Assembly: GCA_050916045.1 (NCBI GenBank)
Contig: CP051526.1
Location: forward strand, 1,280,001 to 1,344,000
Reading direction: 5' to 3'
Source: Tepidisphaera sp.
GTDB taxonomy: Bacteria > Planctomycetota > Phycisphaerae > Phycisphaerales > UBA1924
Length of the DNA: 64,000 nt
Each line of letters opens with the position of its first letter. The first letter of the stretch is position 1. The translations under genes were made by a program, and so were the position numbers. Under the pieces are notes generated by a model. The model searched no databases, was not told the origin of the DNA, and saw only the letters and a list, made by a program, of their open reading frames with translations. Positions 40,829-50,039 of this stretch are shown here, piece by piece.

Positions 40829-41215
40829 ATGGCGACCCTTTCGCTCATCCTCGCGATCATCTTCGAAGCCGGGTGGGCGATCTCGATGAAAGCCTCCGAC
40901 GGCCTCTCCAAGCCAGGCCCCGCGGCCGTCATGCTGGTCTGCTTCCTGCTCTCCGCCGTCTTCCTCGCTCTGGCCACCAGGAAGTACGAGGTCGGCGTCG
41001 CCTACGCGATCTGGGTCGGTTCGGGCGCCGCCATCATCGCGACCGTGGGTATCCTCTACTTCAAGGAACCCGCCGGCCCGCTTAAGCTCGCTTCCCTCGG
41101 CCTCGTTCTCGCCGGCGTCGTCGGCCTCAAGCTCAGCTCGACCCCGGTGCCCGACAAAGCCCGCGCAGGCGACGCGCCCGCTCCGCAGGCCGCTCCGGGA
41201 ACGCCCGCGCCGTGA
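40829..41215 (+). CDS. SMR family efflux transporter (SugE/Gdx-like)
   Basis: LAIIFEAGWAISMK with the conserved TM1 Glu, GVAYAIWVG, GVVGLKL. Confidence 0.88.
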   Translation: MATLSLILAIIFEAGWAISMKASDGLSKPGPAAVMLVCFLLSAVFLALATRKYEVGVAYAIWVGSGAAIIATVGILYFKEPAGPLKLASLGLVLAGVVGLKLSSTPVPDKARAGDAPAPQAAPGTPAP

Positions 41216-41218
41216 TGA

Positions 41219-41815
41219 TCACTTGACCCGCTTGAGCACCGCACGCTGAAGCGTCAGCGGGGTGAGCGTGCTCACCGGCGGCACGCCACGCCCCTCGTCG
41301 CCCCCGGTCGTCTCCGGCGTGGCCGAATTCAGCGAAAGCATTTCCGACACAAGCGTCGGCTCACCCGAGGGACCCATCTCCATCCGGTCCGTCGTCACGA
41401 TCAGCGTCTCTCCAACGCCGAACGCCGACCGGAGCGTTCCCGCGAACATCGTCGTCGGCAGGATGATGCTGTTCTTCTCGTCGATCGCGTACTTCCCCGC
41501 CGCAGCGTCCACGACCACAAGCTCGTACGGCCGCGTCTGGGAATTCTCGCCTTCGGAGTACACCACCGTCCACGTCCACCGCGCGGGCTCCTTCGTCGGC
41601 GCGATCGTGAGAGCCATCTCGAAAGCCCGCGTCCGCCCGTCCGGCCAGTGCAGGTTCGCCGGGCCCTTCCACGTTCCCTCCCAGCCCGCGGGGAACGCGA
41701 CGGGCATCGCCGAAACGGTTTCGGACGACGGTGCCGAGGTCGCGGGCTTGGTCGCGCAGCCGGCGAGCGCGAGAGCCAGACCGACGAGGGAGACCAATGC
41801 CGTGTGACGCATCAT
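41219..41815 (-). CDS. Hypothetical lipoprotein
   Basis: Lipobox LAGC; FP..W.GTWKG, RPYEL, DEKN.I motifs. Confidence 0.75.
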   Translation of the reverse strand: MMRHTALVSLVGLALALAGCATKPATSAPSSETVSAMPVAFPAGWEGTWKGPANLHWPDGRTRAFEMALTIAPTKEPARWTWTVVYSEGENSQTRPYELVVVDAAAGKYAIDEKNSIILPTTMFAGTLRSAFGVGETLIVTTDRMEMGPSGEPTLVSEMLSLNSATPETTGGDEGRGVPPVSTLTPLTLQRAVLKRVK

Positions 41816-41850
41816 GCTCCATCATTCGCCGGTCCATCGCGGCCCGCAAC

Positions 41851-42396
41851 TCACCACGTCCCGGGCGGACGGGCTTTATCAAACGGCAACCCGCACTCCG
41901 GACAGACGCCCGTCCTCGGCAGATCGACAAGCGAGTACGCGCACGATGGACAGTGGCTCTGAAGGTCCGGAGCTTCTTCATCCGGCGTCAGCGGTGGGGG
42001 ATAGCACGGCGCCAGTGCCTCGGGGCCGTGACGACCCACGATCAGCTCCGCGACATCCACCCCCGCTCCGCAACCTGGACAACGCGAAATGTCCTCCAGC
42101 GGGAGCGTCCGGCCGCATCCCGGGCACGGCGGGGCAAACGACGCGTCAAGCAACGAGAGGTCCGGCTTGGCATCCTCCGGATCCAAGCCCCGCGTCGGCG
42201 GAGTCCGCTTGAACTCGTCGAAAAGCGACCTTCCCCGCGCCGCATCCGCCGAGCCGACCGCAACATCGATGCCCAGAAGCCCCGGGTACGGCTCACCCTG
42301 ATTGAAAATCCGAGCGTCTGGAATGCCCGCCTCGCGAAGGTACGCCACAAAGTGCATCGCTTCGATCGAGGTGGCGAACCGGCCGACGACTTCCAT
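41851..42396 (-). CDS. Hypothetical protein, DUF2007-like N-terminus plus zinc ribbons
   Basis: MEVVGRF....EA......LREAGI; CPGC x2, CPSCAYSLVDL...CPECG. Confidence 0.65.
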   Translation of the reverse strand: MEVVGRFATSIEAMHFVAYLREAGIPDARIFNQGEPYPGLLGIDVAVGSADAARGRSLFDEFKRTPPTRGLDPEDAKPDLSLLDASFAPPCPGCGRTLPLEDISRCPGCGAGVDVAELIVGRHGPEALAPCYPPPLTPDEEAPDLQSHCPSCAYSLVDLPRTGVCPECGLPFDKARPPGTW

Positions 42397-42506
42397 GACG
42401 TAAGGGTAGCGAGCGCCGACAGAGCCAAAGCCTGACCCGCCGCAGACAGCACGACGCGTGTCCGCGTCTTGACCGCCGAACGACCAGTCCAAAGCGACAG
42501 GGGCCA

Positions 42507-42539
42507 GAAAGAAAAAGCCGCCCGAACTTCGAGCGGCTT
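42507..42539 (-). terminator. Rho-independent terminator of lexA
   Basis: - strand AAGCCGCTCGAAGTTCGGGCGGCTT followed by TTTCTTTC. Confidence 0.8.
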
Positions 42540-42615
42540 GCGTGGACGCATGGGAGGGCGGACAAAGCCCGCCAATCAAGAGACGCTGTCGGCGGAACGG
42601 CCCGCGGCTTGAGCG

Positions 42616-43239
42616 TTACCGCCCGTACCGGCGGACGACGCCCTTGACCACGCCCTGGATCTGGCAGAACTTGACGCGGATCGGGTCAAACGACGGGTTC
42701 GCCGGCTGAAGGCGGATGTGGTCGTCTTCCTTGAAGAACGTCTTGAGGGTCGTTGAGCCGTCCGGCAGGAGCGCCACCACGCGATCGCCGTTCTGAGCGA
42801 CCTGCGTGCGTTCGATGAGGACGAAGTCGCCGTCGAGGATGCCCTCGTCACGCATCGAGTCGCCCTCGACCTTGAGCGCGAAGGTGGAACCGCCGCGGGT
42901 GTTGCTTTCCTCGCCGAAGTACTCGATCAGGTCGAGCTCGTCATGATCGGCGACCTTCTCGATGGGGTTGCCGGCCGCGATCTTGCCCACGAGGGGGAAA
43001 CGCAGGGGCCGGGACTCATCCGGGACCGAGATTCCATCCGCGATCGACAAAGAGCGAGCCTTGTTCGGCTCGCGAACCAGCGCGCTCTTCTTGATGAGGG
43101 CTTCGACGTGCTCGAAGACCGTCACCTTGCTCACGCCGATCTCGTCGGCCAGTTCCTGCATCGTCGGGGAGTACCCCCGGCGAACGCGCCAATCGCGAAT
43201 GAGCTGCAGAATGCGGAGCTGTTTGGGAGTCAGATTCAT
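42616..43239 (-). CDS. lexA: SOS repressor LexA
   Basis: MNLTPKQ, GYSPTMQEL wHTH, cleavage site IAAG, catalytic VEGDSM and TLK; GGAG RBS. Confidence 0.97.
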   Translation of the reverse strand: MNLTPKQLRILQLIRDWRVRRGYSPTMQELADEIGVSKVTVFEHVEALIKKSALVREPNKARSLSIADGISVPDESRPLRFPLVGKIAAGNPIEKVADHDELDLIEYFGEESNTRGGSTFALKVEGDSMRDEGILDGDFVLIERTQVAQNGDRVVALLPDGSTTLKTFFKEDDHIRLQPANPSFDPIRVKFCQIQGVVKGVVRRYGR

Positions 43240-43813
43240 GGATATCTCCGGTTTGGCGGATGGACGCTTTGCGCCCAGACGCCGGGTGGGGTGATGCTGA
43301 CGAAACCTCCGCCGACGCGCCAACGGCGCTCCGGCGGTGAACACCGCTGTTTGAATGACCGCTTGCCGAAACCGCACCGGCCGAAAGGCCCAGCACACGC
43401 TTGGCGAACCCCGCGACCTCGCGGGCGAACCGACGCACTCCGAGAAACTCGCTCGCCACGTGGTGCGGCCCGGCCGCAAGCCAATGTCTCGAACCAAGCC
43501 CCGAACCAATGCCAGAACGCAGCTCCGAATCAGACCCCCGGGCCTCCGCCCAACGGCCGGGTGCCGCGCCCACATCGGCCAAGCAGGCCGCACGCGAAGC
43601 CGACCAATCCGAAACGAAATCCCCGCCCGGTCCCAGTCGGACCAACGTGCTCGGGCTCGGGATGGGACGGCTTGCGTTCATGCTGCTGCTCGGACTTCCG
43701 CTCCAGTGAAGCACCGCGGAAGGCCGCGGTCTCTGCTTTGTACGGTTCGAAACGAACACTTGTGCGGTTTCTGGTATCGTCCTTTCAGAACCCTTCCGAT
43801 CAGATTTCGGGCC

Positions 43814-43855
43814 TCTTGTTCGGTACAAGATAGCATAGCAAGAGCCTCACGGCAA
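43814..43855 (-). promoter_or_regulatory. Candidate lexA promoter with overlapping palindromic operator
   Basis: - strand TTGCCG-N17-TATCTT with a TG extension; palindrome TCTTGT-N5-ACAAGA at 43814-43830 overlaps the -10 and predicted start site. Confidence 0.55.
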
Positions 43856-43931
43856 GGGAAATCTGTGAGTTTTCTGCCCTGTGAACGGGTTGTGGAAGGT
43901 AATTGTGTGGAATACCACCTGTAGTGGCCAT

Positions 43932-45101
43932 CTACACCCGCTCGAACGAGGACCCGGTCCGACGCACCCGCTTCTGAAGCTCAAGCATCGTCAGCCGGCC
44001 CCGTACTTCGCCGGCCCCAAGGCCGGTCGCCGTGATGATCTGGTCGAGCGTGCGCGGGGTCGTCAGGGCTTCGAGGATCGGGTCGGCCGGCGCCTGAGCG
44101 GGCGGCGGGGAGAAGAGGCTCGCCGGCGATGGATCACTCTCCGTTGCGAGCACGCCGTACCGGGCTTCGAACGTGCCCGCGTGCAGGTGGTTCGCTTGGA
44201 TCTCAAGGGCCTGGATGACATCGCCCGGATCGGTCACCAGCGCGGCGCCGCCAGACTTGAGCAGTTCGTGCGTCCCCCGTGAGGTCGGGCTGTCCACGCG
44301 GCCCGGCACCGCGAACACGTCCCTGTTGTGGTCCTCCACAGCGGTTCTGGCCGTGATGAGAGCGCCCGACCCGACCGCCGCTTCGATCACCACGACGCCG
44401 AGCGACATCCCCGAGATGATGCGGTTCCGCGGCGGGAAGTTCTCCGGCGTCGGCGCGGTCCCGATGGGAAGCTCGGACACGATCGACCCGCCATTGGCGA
44501 GCACGCGGCCGACAAGCTCCGCGTTCTCGGGTGGGTAGCAGTGCGCAAGACCGCACCCCGTCACCACCACCGTCCGTCCGGCCGAACGCGTCGCTCCTCG
44601 GTGGGCCGCGGTGTCGATCCCCCGCGCACCTCCCGACACCGTCGTGATCCCCGCTCGGGCGAAGATCCCCGCGAATCGCTCCGCTTGCTCGAGCCCGTAG
44701 GGCGAGCACGCCCGCGAGCCGACCACCGCGACCGGAAACCGATCCTCTCCCTGCGGATCGAGGGGGCCCTGAACATAAAGCAGCGGCGGCGGGTCCGAAA
44801 TCGCCGCCAGAAGCGGCGGATACGCAGGCGTCCCGATCCGCACAAAGCGCACGCCAAGCTTCGTCGCCGACTCCACCTCGCGCGCGACCAGGTCCGCCGA
44901 CGCTTGCATCCCCGAAGCAATCTTGCTCGACTTCCCCGGCCCAATCCCCTTCACGCGTTCAAGCTGCGACGCGGCGAGCCCAAGGACCGCTTCCGCTGTT
45001 CCAAACTCTCGCACGAGACGCGCAATCAGCACCGGCCCCAGTCCGGGCGTCAGCGTCAGACGCAACATTGCGAGCGTGGAATCGTCGAGTGTGGTAGACA
45101 C
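43932..45101 (-). CDS. dprA: DNA-processing protein DprA
   Basis: YPPLL..I.DPP, AVVGSR, VSGGARGIDTAAH, FPPRNRIISG, GSGALITA, VFAVPG, C-terminal wHTH; GTG start approximate. Confidence 0.95.
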   Translation of the reverse strand: MSTTLDDSTLAMLRLTLTPGLGPVLIARLVREFGTAEAVLGLAASQLERVKGIGPGKSSKIASGMQASADLVAREVESATKLGVRFVRIGTPAYPPLLAAISDPPPLLYVQGPLDPQGEDRFPVAVVGSRACSPYGLEQAERFAGIFARAGITTVSGGARGIDTAAHRGATRSAGRTVVVTGCGLAHCYPPENAELVGRVLANGGSIVSELPIGTAPTPENFPPRNRIISGMSLGVVVIEAAVGSGALITARTAVEDHNRDVFAVPGRVDSPTSRGTHELLKSGGAALVTDPGDVIQALEIQANHLHAGTFEARYGVLATESDPSPASLFSPPPAQAPADPILEALTTPRTLDQIITATGLGAGEVRGRLTMLELQKRVRRTGSSFERV

Positions 45102-45359
45102 GCCACGAGTATACCGGACAAAGGCCGAGTCATGACGCGATAACCTCATCGTCAACGTGCTCGAAACGTGCACAGATCTGTGCCATTTCGAGCGGCGGAT
45201 GCGGTCGTTTTTACGAAGAGTGGCAAGCGTCACAGCCTGCTGCGGCCGGTCACCCGGCTGAAGCGGGAATGGCCGGGCCCGAAGCAGATTCGTCGGACCC
45301 GATTCCATGGGTTTACGCTTGAATGGAGTTGAGAAGTTCCCAGGCAGAGGAGTTGAGCG

Positions 45360-46136
45360 ATGAAGAGCGCGAGCGTGGCGTCCGTGATGATCGGCGTGTT
45401 GGCGGCAACGACCGGGGTGTGCGCGGACATTGTCGTGCGGAACGCGGACACGCCCGCCGCCGTTGCGGCAACGCGGGCTCTGTGGCTCGCGGATTGTGGC
45501 GCGAGTTCACCGACGTACACGGTCAATTTTGAGACGGGATTCACCAACGGTCAGAACGTGAACGCGGTGGTTGGTCTCTTTCCCGGCGGATTGGTCATTT
45601 CTGACACGACGGCCGCTCGGCAGGCGGTCGTGCGGACGGGGTCATCCTTTGGCGGATCGATGCCGACGGGCAACTTCGGATTGGCTCACAACGAGGGCGC
45701 GTACCTGGTGCTGACGTTCCCGCTTCCGGGCGTGGAAGGGTTCTCCCTGTCCGACATCGATCACACGGGCACGGCGTTCCGCTGCCATCACGCCGACGGC
45801 ACCATCTCGAGCTTCAGCATCGAGACGACCGGTTCCGGCGGCCGCATCGGCGAACTCGTCGGCGTCTGGCGCAACAACAAGCCGCCGATCGTCCGCGTGG
45901 AGATGGACGCTTCCGGCGACGGTGTCTGGGGCATCGACGACATCATGTGGATCGTCTCCTGCCCTGCCGACTTCAACGGTGACGGGTTCCTGGACTTCTT
46001 CGACTACGACGATTACGTCAACTGCTTTGAGACTGGAGCGTGCCCGCCGGGCCGGACGGCTGACTTTAACGGCGACGGATTCGCGGATTTCTTCGATTAC
46101 GACGCCTTTGTCACGGCGTTCGAGCAGGGCTGCTGA
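45360..46136 (+). CDS. Secreted protein with C-terminal GC-type dockerin-like anchor
   Basis: Signal peptide; CPADFNGDGFLDFFDYDDYV...ADFNGDGFADFFDYDAFV..FEQGC. Confidence 0.85.
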   Translation: MKSASVASVMIGVLAATTGVCADIVVRNADTPAAVAATRALWLADCGASSPTYTVNFETGFTNGQNVNAVVGLFPGGLVISDTTAARQAVVRTGSSFGGSMPTGNFGLAHNEGAYLVLTFPLPGVEGFSLSDIDHTGTAFRCHHADGTISSFSIETTGSGGRIGELVGVWRNNKPPIVRVEMDASGDGVWGIDDIMWIVSCPADFNGDGFLDFFDYDDYVNCFETGACPPGRTADFNGDGFADFFDYDAFVTAFEQGC

Positions 46137-46247
46137 TCCGCCGAGAGCGGCTTTGGCGTTTCCGAGCGCCTTGCCATAGGATGCATGCGTCGTGCTGGTT
46201 CCGCAGCTCGCGAGGGTGACCAACCGTCCGCGGCGAAGGAGTCCCAC

Positions 46248-47405
46248 ATGCTTCACGGCAGCCTGACGATCCAGCGTCTGCTCGCGGCGATGACGAAGAT
46301 GAACGCTTCCGACCTGCACCTCAAGGTCGGCGTCCCGCCGGTCTTCCGCGTCGGCGGCATCCTCCGCACGATCGACGCGCCGCCCCTTACCGGCGAGGAA
46401 GCCGACCACTTCGTCGATCCTCTGATGACGCCCGCGCTCCGCGAGAAGCTCGACGAGCAGGGCGCGGTCGACTTCGCCACGCACCTCGACACCGCCGCTT
46501 CCGGAAACGCCGATCGGTTCCGCGTGGACATCTTCAAGTCCGGCGGCCACATCCACGCCGCGATCCGCCGCGTGAAAGCCGAGATCCCCGACTACGCCAA
46601 GCTCCGGTTGCCGCCGATCTACTCGCAGATCGTCGAGAAAACGATGGAGGGTCTCGTTCTCGTCGTCGGCGTCACCGGGAGCGGCAAAAGCTCAACCCTC
46701 GCCGCGATGATCGAGCACATCAACGAGACGCGGGCCGAGAACATCATCACCATCGAAGACCCCGTTGAGTACAAGTTCACGCCGCGCAAGAGCATCATCA
46801 GCCAGCGTGAGATCGGCATCGACGTGCCCAACTACGGGTACGCTCTGAAGTACGTCGTGCGGCAGGACCCCGACGTCATCTTCATCGGCGAGATGCGCGA
46901 CCACGACACCGTCCTCGCCGCGATCCAAGCCGCCGAGACCGGCCACCTCGTCTTCGGAAGCTTGCACACCGCCGACACGATGCAAGCCATCAGCCGCATC
47001 CTCGAGTTTTTCGAGCCCAAGGACCACGCGTTTGTCCGCGGCGCCCTCGCCAACACGCTCCGCGCGATCTGTGCCCAGCGCCTCCTGCCGACGGTTCCCG
47101 AGTTCGCGCAGGCGGAGAACGGCTCACCGATGGTCCCCGCGACCGAGGTGCTCCTCGCCACGGGCATCGTGAAGGATCGGATCCGCGACGGCGAGGAGAC
47201 GGACCTCCCGGCGATCATCCAGACGAACCTTCACGACGGGATGCACGGTTTCACGCACTCGCTGGCGGAGCTTGTGAAGAAGGAATGGGTGACCCGGCAG
47301 ACCGCGATGGACTTTGCTCCCAATCGCGAAGCCCTGGACGCGATGATCAAGGGTCTTGAGGTCCGGGCGTCGTCGATGGTGAACCGGGTGCGGTCGGGGC
47401 ATTAG
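46248..47405 (+). CDS. pilT: Type IV pilus retraction ATPase PilT/PilU family
   Basis: ASDLHL, GVTGSGKS, TIEDPVE, RQDPDVIFIGEMRD, AETGHLV..SLH; AAGGAG RBS. Confidence 0.9.
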   Translation: MLHGSLTIQRLLAAMTKMNASDLHLKVGVPPVFRVGGILRTIDAPPLTGEEADHFVDPLMTPALREKLDEQGAVDFATHLDTAASGNADRFRVDIFKSGGHIHAAIRRVKAEIPDYAKLRLPPIYSQIVEKTMEGLVLVVGVTGSGKSSTLAAMIEHINETRAENIITIEDPVEYKFTPRKSIISQREIGIDVPNYGYALKYVVRQDPDVIFIGEMRDHDTVLAAIQAAETGHLVFGSLHTADTMQAISRILEFFEPKDHAFVRGALANTLRAICAQRLLPTVPEFAQAENGSPMVPATEVLLATGIVKDRIRDGEETDLPAIIQTNLHDGMHGFTHSLAELVKKEWVTRQTAMDFAPNREALDAMIKGLEVRASSMVNRVRSGH

Positions 47406-48103
47406 GTCGTGGCGGGCATGTATTGCCTATACGCGCCGATCGGTACGCACTCTGCGTCGGATGAAAGCGGATCGTGCTTGGTCTCTCGCTTGAATCGCTC
47501 CCACGCACGTTCTGCGGGTGACAGCCCGCCGAATAGTGTGTCGATCCACTCCGAAACCTGATCCTTGCCAGAGTTCGCGAGGTCCATGCGATCGAAGAAT
47601 CGAAGGACCATGATCTGGCGTGGCGTTGGTGGGCGTCGTTCCAGCAGTTCGTCGATCAGCACCGATGCTTGGCCCTTTGTGAGCGGGAAAGTGACTGTGC
47701 CTCCAAGATCAACGATGTACTGAATCTGACGTTCGGTTGCGGGATCCTGGTGCCAAGCGGGCGCTCGATCGCGACTCTTCGGCGGGGCTCCAATGGCTTC
47801 GAGATGCGTTTCAATGACCCCGCGTACTTCCTTTGTCACAACGCGGATGAACGCTCGCTTAAGGTCGTAAGCCTCTGCAGCATCCACTCGGTCGTCGGAG
47901 ATGATCGCACGTGTCTTTGGGCGCAGGAATGCGACCGCATTCATGGGAATGGGACAGCCCACTAGGAAGTCATGCAGCTTCACGATTTCTGCCAGCGAGA
48001 TGTCGCCATCGTGGATCATCGACAGAATCACGTTCAGAAGCGTCTTGCCTTGCGGTGAGCCAGCTTCCTTGGCGGTGAGAGTGACTCGAGTTCCCTTGAC
48101 CAT
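47402..48103 (-). CDS. Hypothetical protein (lower GC)
   Basis: 233-aa ORF; repeated helical unit PATERQIQYI...LTKGQASVLID / PPTPRQIMVL...KDQVSEWID. Confidence 0.65.
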   Translation of the reverse strand: MVKGTRVTLTAKEAGSPQGKTLLNVILSMIHDGDISLAEIVKLHDFLVGCPIPMNAVAFLRPKTRAIISDDRVDAAEAYDLKRAFIRVVTKEVRGVIETHLEAIGAPPKSRDRAPAWHQDPATERQIQYIVDLGGTVTFPLTKGQASVLIDELLERRPPTPRQIMVLRFFDRMDLANSGKDQVSEWIDTLFGGLSPAERAWERFKRETKHDPLSSDAECVPIGAYRQYMPATT

Positions 48104-48155
48104 CGATATCGCTCCGAGACGGACCGCGGTGGCGGTCGAACACTGCTCTCGCCCC

Positions 48156-48287
48156 TCACCGCGCGAACGCCTGCAGGATCAGGATGATCACGATCAGCAC
48201 GATGAACGCTTCCATCGACCGCATTCGGAGCGTGAGCTTCCGCACGTCTTCGCGGAGGCGTTCGAGTTCGGGGTCCGGCGGGAGCAT
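48156..48287 (-). CDS. Small protein (43 aa), coiled coil plus C-terminal TM helix
   Basis: MLPPDPELERLREDVRKLTLRMRSMEAFIVLIVIILILQAFAR. Confidence 0.5.
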   Translation of the reverse strand: MLPPDPELERLREDVRKLTLRMRSMEAFIVLIVIILILQAFAR

Positions 48288-48589
48288 GGCGGAGTATACC
48301 TGCGACCGGCCTGGCGGCCGGCCTTGGTTTGGGGCGCGCAAAGGACAACATCCGCCGTTTCGCGGTTTCGCGTGATTCTCCGCCGCGGTTTGCGCTTTGG
48401 ATTCAAGCGGAACTCTGCGTTCTTGTCCGTTTGGAGACGGGCGTTCGCGGTCAGCCGCTCCGATCAACTTTGTTCTCCAGAGCGCGTGAGAACCGCGCGC
48501 GGCTCACGTTGGCAGGGGTGTCGGCCTTGTTGGCCGGCCGAATCGGGACACGCGACAGGTGTCCAGACGGCGAGTGCAGGAGTGGAAAG

Positions 48590-49720
48590 ATGCGTACGAA
48601 GAATGTGGCTCTTGTCTCTTTGATCGCGGCGGTGGCGGGCACGGCGGCGGCCCAGCCCCTGACGCCCCCGGTCTACACCCGGACGGTGCAGGATGCGATC
48701 ACGGGCGACAACGATTTCATCGCCGGCGGGTTCCGGTACTACACGGTCGATGCGGGCGCGGACTCGTATCAGAACGACCTCTATGAGCGGCCGATGACGC
48801 AGGCTTTCCAGCCGATCACGCTCCCCTCGGGCGAGGTGCGGTACGCCTGCGAGGAGTACCACGGGTACGTCGACATCGTGCAGGGCCGGTTCGGCTACGA
48901 CAACCGTTACCTGTACGCTTCGATCAAGGTCGCGGGCCTGACCAAGAACACCAAGGACGGCGACAACGCGATCGTCGGGCTTGATGCGGCGTACAGCGTG
49001 CGGTTCGGGCCCGACCCCGACGGCCGCAACAGCGTGATCCTGCGGGCTCTGACTCCCCAGGGCACGGTCTTCGCCCGCGAGCAGACCGACGGGTACCGCG
49101 ACACCGACGCCGACGTCGGCGGCCGCGGCGGCCCGATCCACGGCCGGCAGGGCCCCTCGGGCTTGTCGGTGACCAAGGACAACAACAACCTCGAGGAGCA
49201 GGGCCTCAACGGCTACGACCAGCAGTTCATCACCTCCGACGGCCTCTTTGAGACGCTGAGCCAGGTCGTGCTCTGGCAGCGGATCAGCCCGACGGACCCC
49301 ACGGTGGTCGAGATCGCCTTCGACTACGTGACCGCCGGCTACACGCGTGCGGACCTGGATGCCATCCGCTACCTGCAGTTTGACGCGGTGCTGGGCGGCC
49401 CCTCCGACCCGGTCGAAGCCCTCTGGAACGACAAGTACCGCTCGATCGAAGCCGGCTCGCCCAACCCGGGCCTGGGCACGGATTCGGAGTTCGGCACGCA
49501 GGGCCTGGGCACGATCTCGCTCGCGGACACGGCCCGGGCATCGATCCCCGCTCCGTGCGCGGCCGACTTCAACCGCGATGGGTTCCTGGACTTCTTCGAC
49601 TACGACGCGTTCGTGCTCGCGTTCGAGACGGGCGGAGTCGGGGCGGACTTCAACGGCGATGGGTTCGTCGATTTCTTTGACTACGACGCCTTCGTCCTGT
49701 CGTTCGAGCTCGGCTGCTGA
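48590..49720 (+). CDS. Secreted protein with C-terminal GC-type dockerin-like anchor
   Basis: MRTKNVALVSLIAAVAGTAAAQ signal; CAADFNRDGFLDFFDYDAFV...ADFNGDGFVDFFDYDAFV..FELGC. Confidence 0.85.
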   Translation: MRTKNVALVSLIAAVAGTAAAQPLTPPVYTRTVQDAITGDNDFIAGGFRYYTVDAGADSYQNDLYERPMTQAFQPITLPSGEVRYACEEYHGYVDIVQGRFGYDNRYLYASIKVAGLTKNTKDGDNAIVGLDAAYSVRFGPDPDGRNSVILRALTPQGTVFAREQTDGYRDTDADVGGRGGPIHGRQGPSGLSVTKDNNNLEEQGLNGYDQQFITSDGLFETLSQVVLWQRISPTDPTVVEIAFDYVTAGYTRADLDAIRYLQFDAVLGGPSDPVEALWNDKYRSIEAGSPNPGLGTDSEFGTQGLGTISLADTARASIPAPCAADFNRDGFLDFFDYDAFVLAFETGGVGADFNGDGFVDFFDYDAFVLSFELGC

Positions 49721-49866
49721 TCGGTCGCGGAGCGCGGCACCCAGGCGTGACGGAGCGGTCCGATCGCGGGCCATCCCCTCCCCCGTGTCTTCCGCCCGTC
49801 GACGCTGAGCCGCCGCCTCCAAAGACCTCACCCGGCGATCCCCCGCCGGCCCCCGTTCACTCGCCA

Positions 49867-49904
49867 CGGCGGTCATCCGAAAGGATGCCGCCGCGGAGGT
49901 TTTT
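49867..49904 (+). terminator. GAAA-tetraloop hairpin, possible terminator
   Basis: CGGCGG-T-CATCC-GAAA-GGATG-CCGCCG followed by CGGAGGTTTTT. Confidence 0.45.
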
Positions 49905-50039
49905 CGTTCGTGCCCGGCCCGCCGCGCGCGGAGAGGGCCGGGCGTCCCGCGACGCCCGGCCCCCTTCCCCCCCCCACACACACACGCCCCCACACCCCCA
50001 CGCCCCGCGTGGTTGCCCCGGTGATCCCGGCCGTCTTGA

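Noticed and set aside
45165..45190. Sigma54 promoter (TGGCAC on the - strand)
   Set aside because: GG-to-GC spacing is 11 nt rather than the required 10
39835..49720. Diversity-generating retroelement TR/VR pair among the similar dockerin-tag DNA repeats
   Set aside because: No reverse transcriptase is present, all copies are coding C-termini, and the differences are not adenine specific
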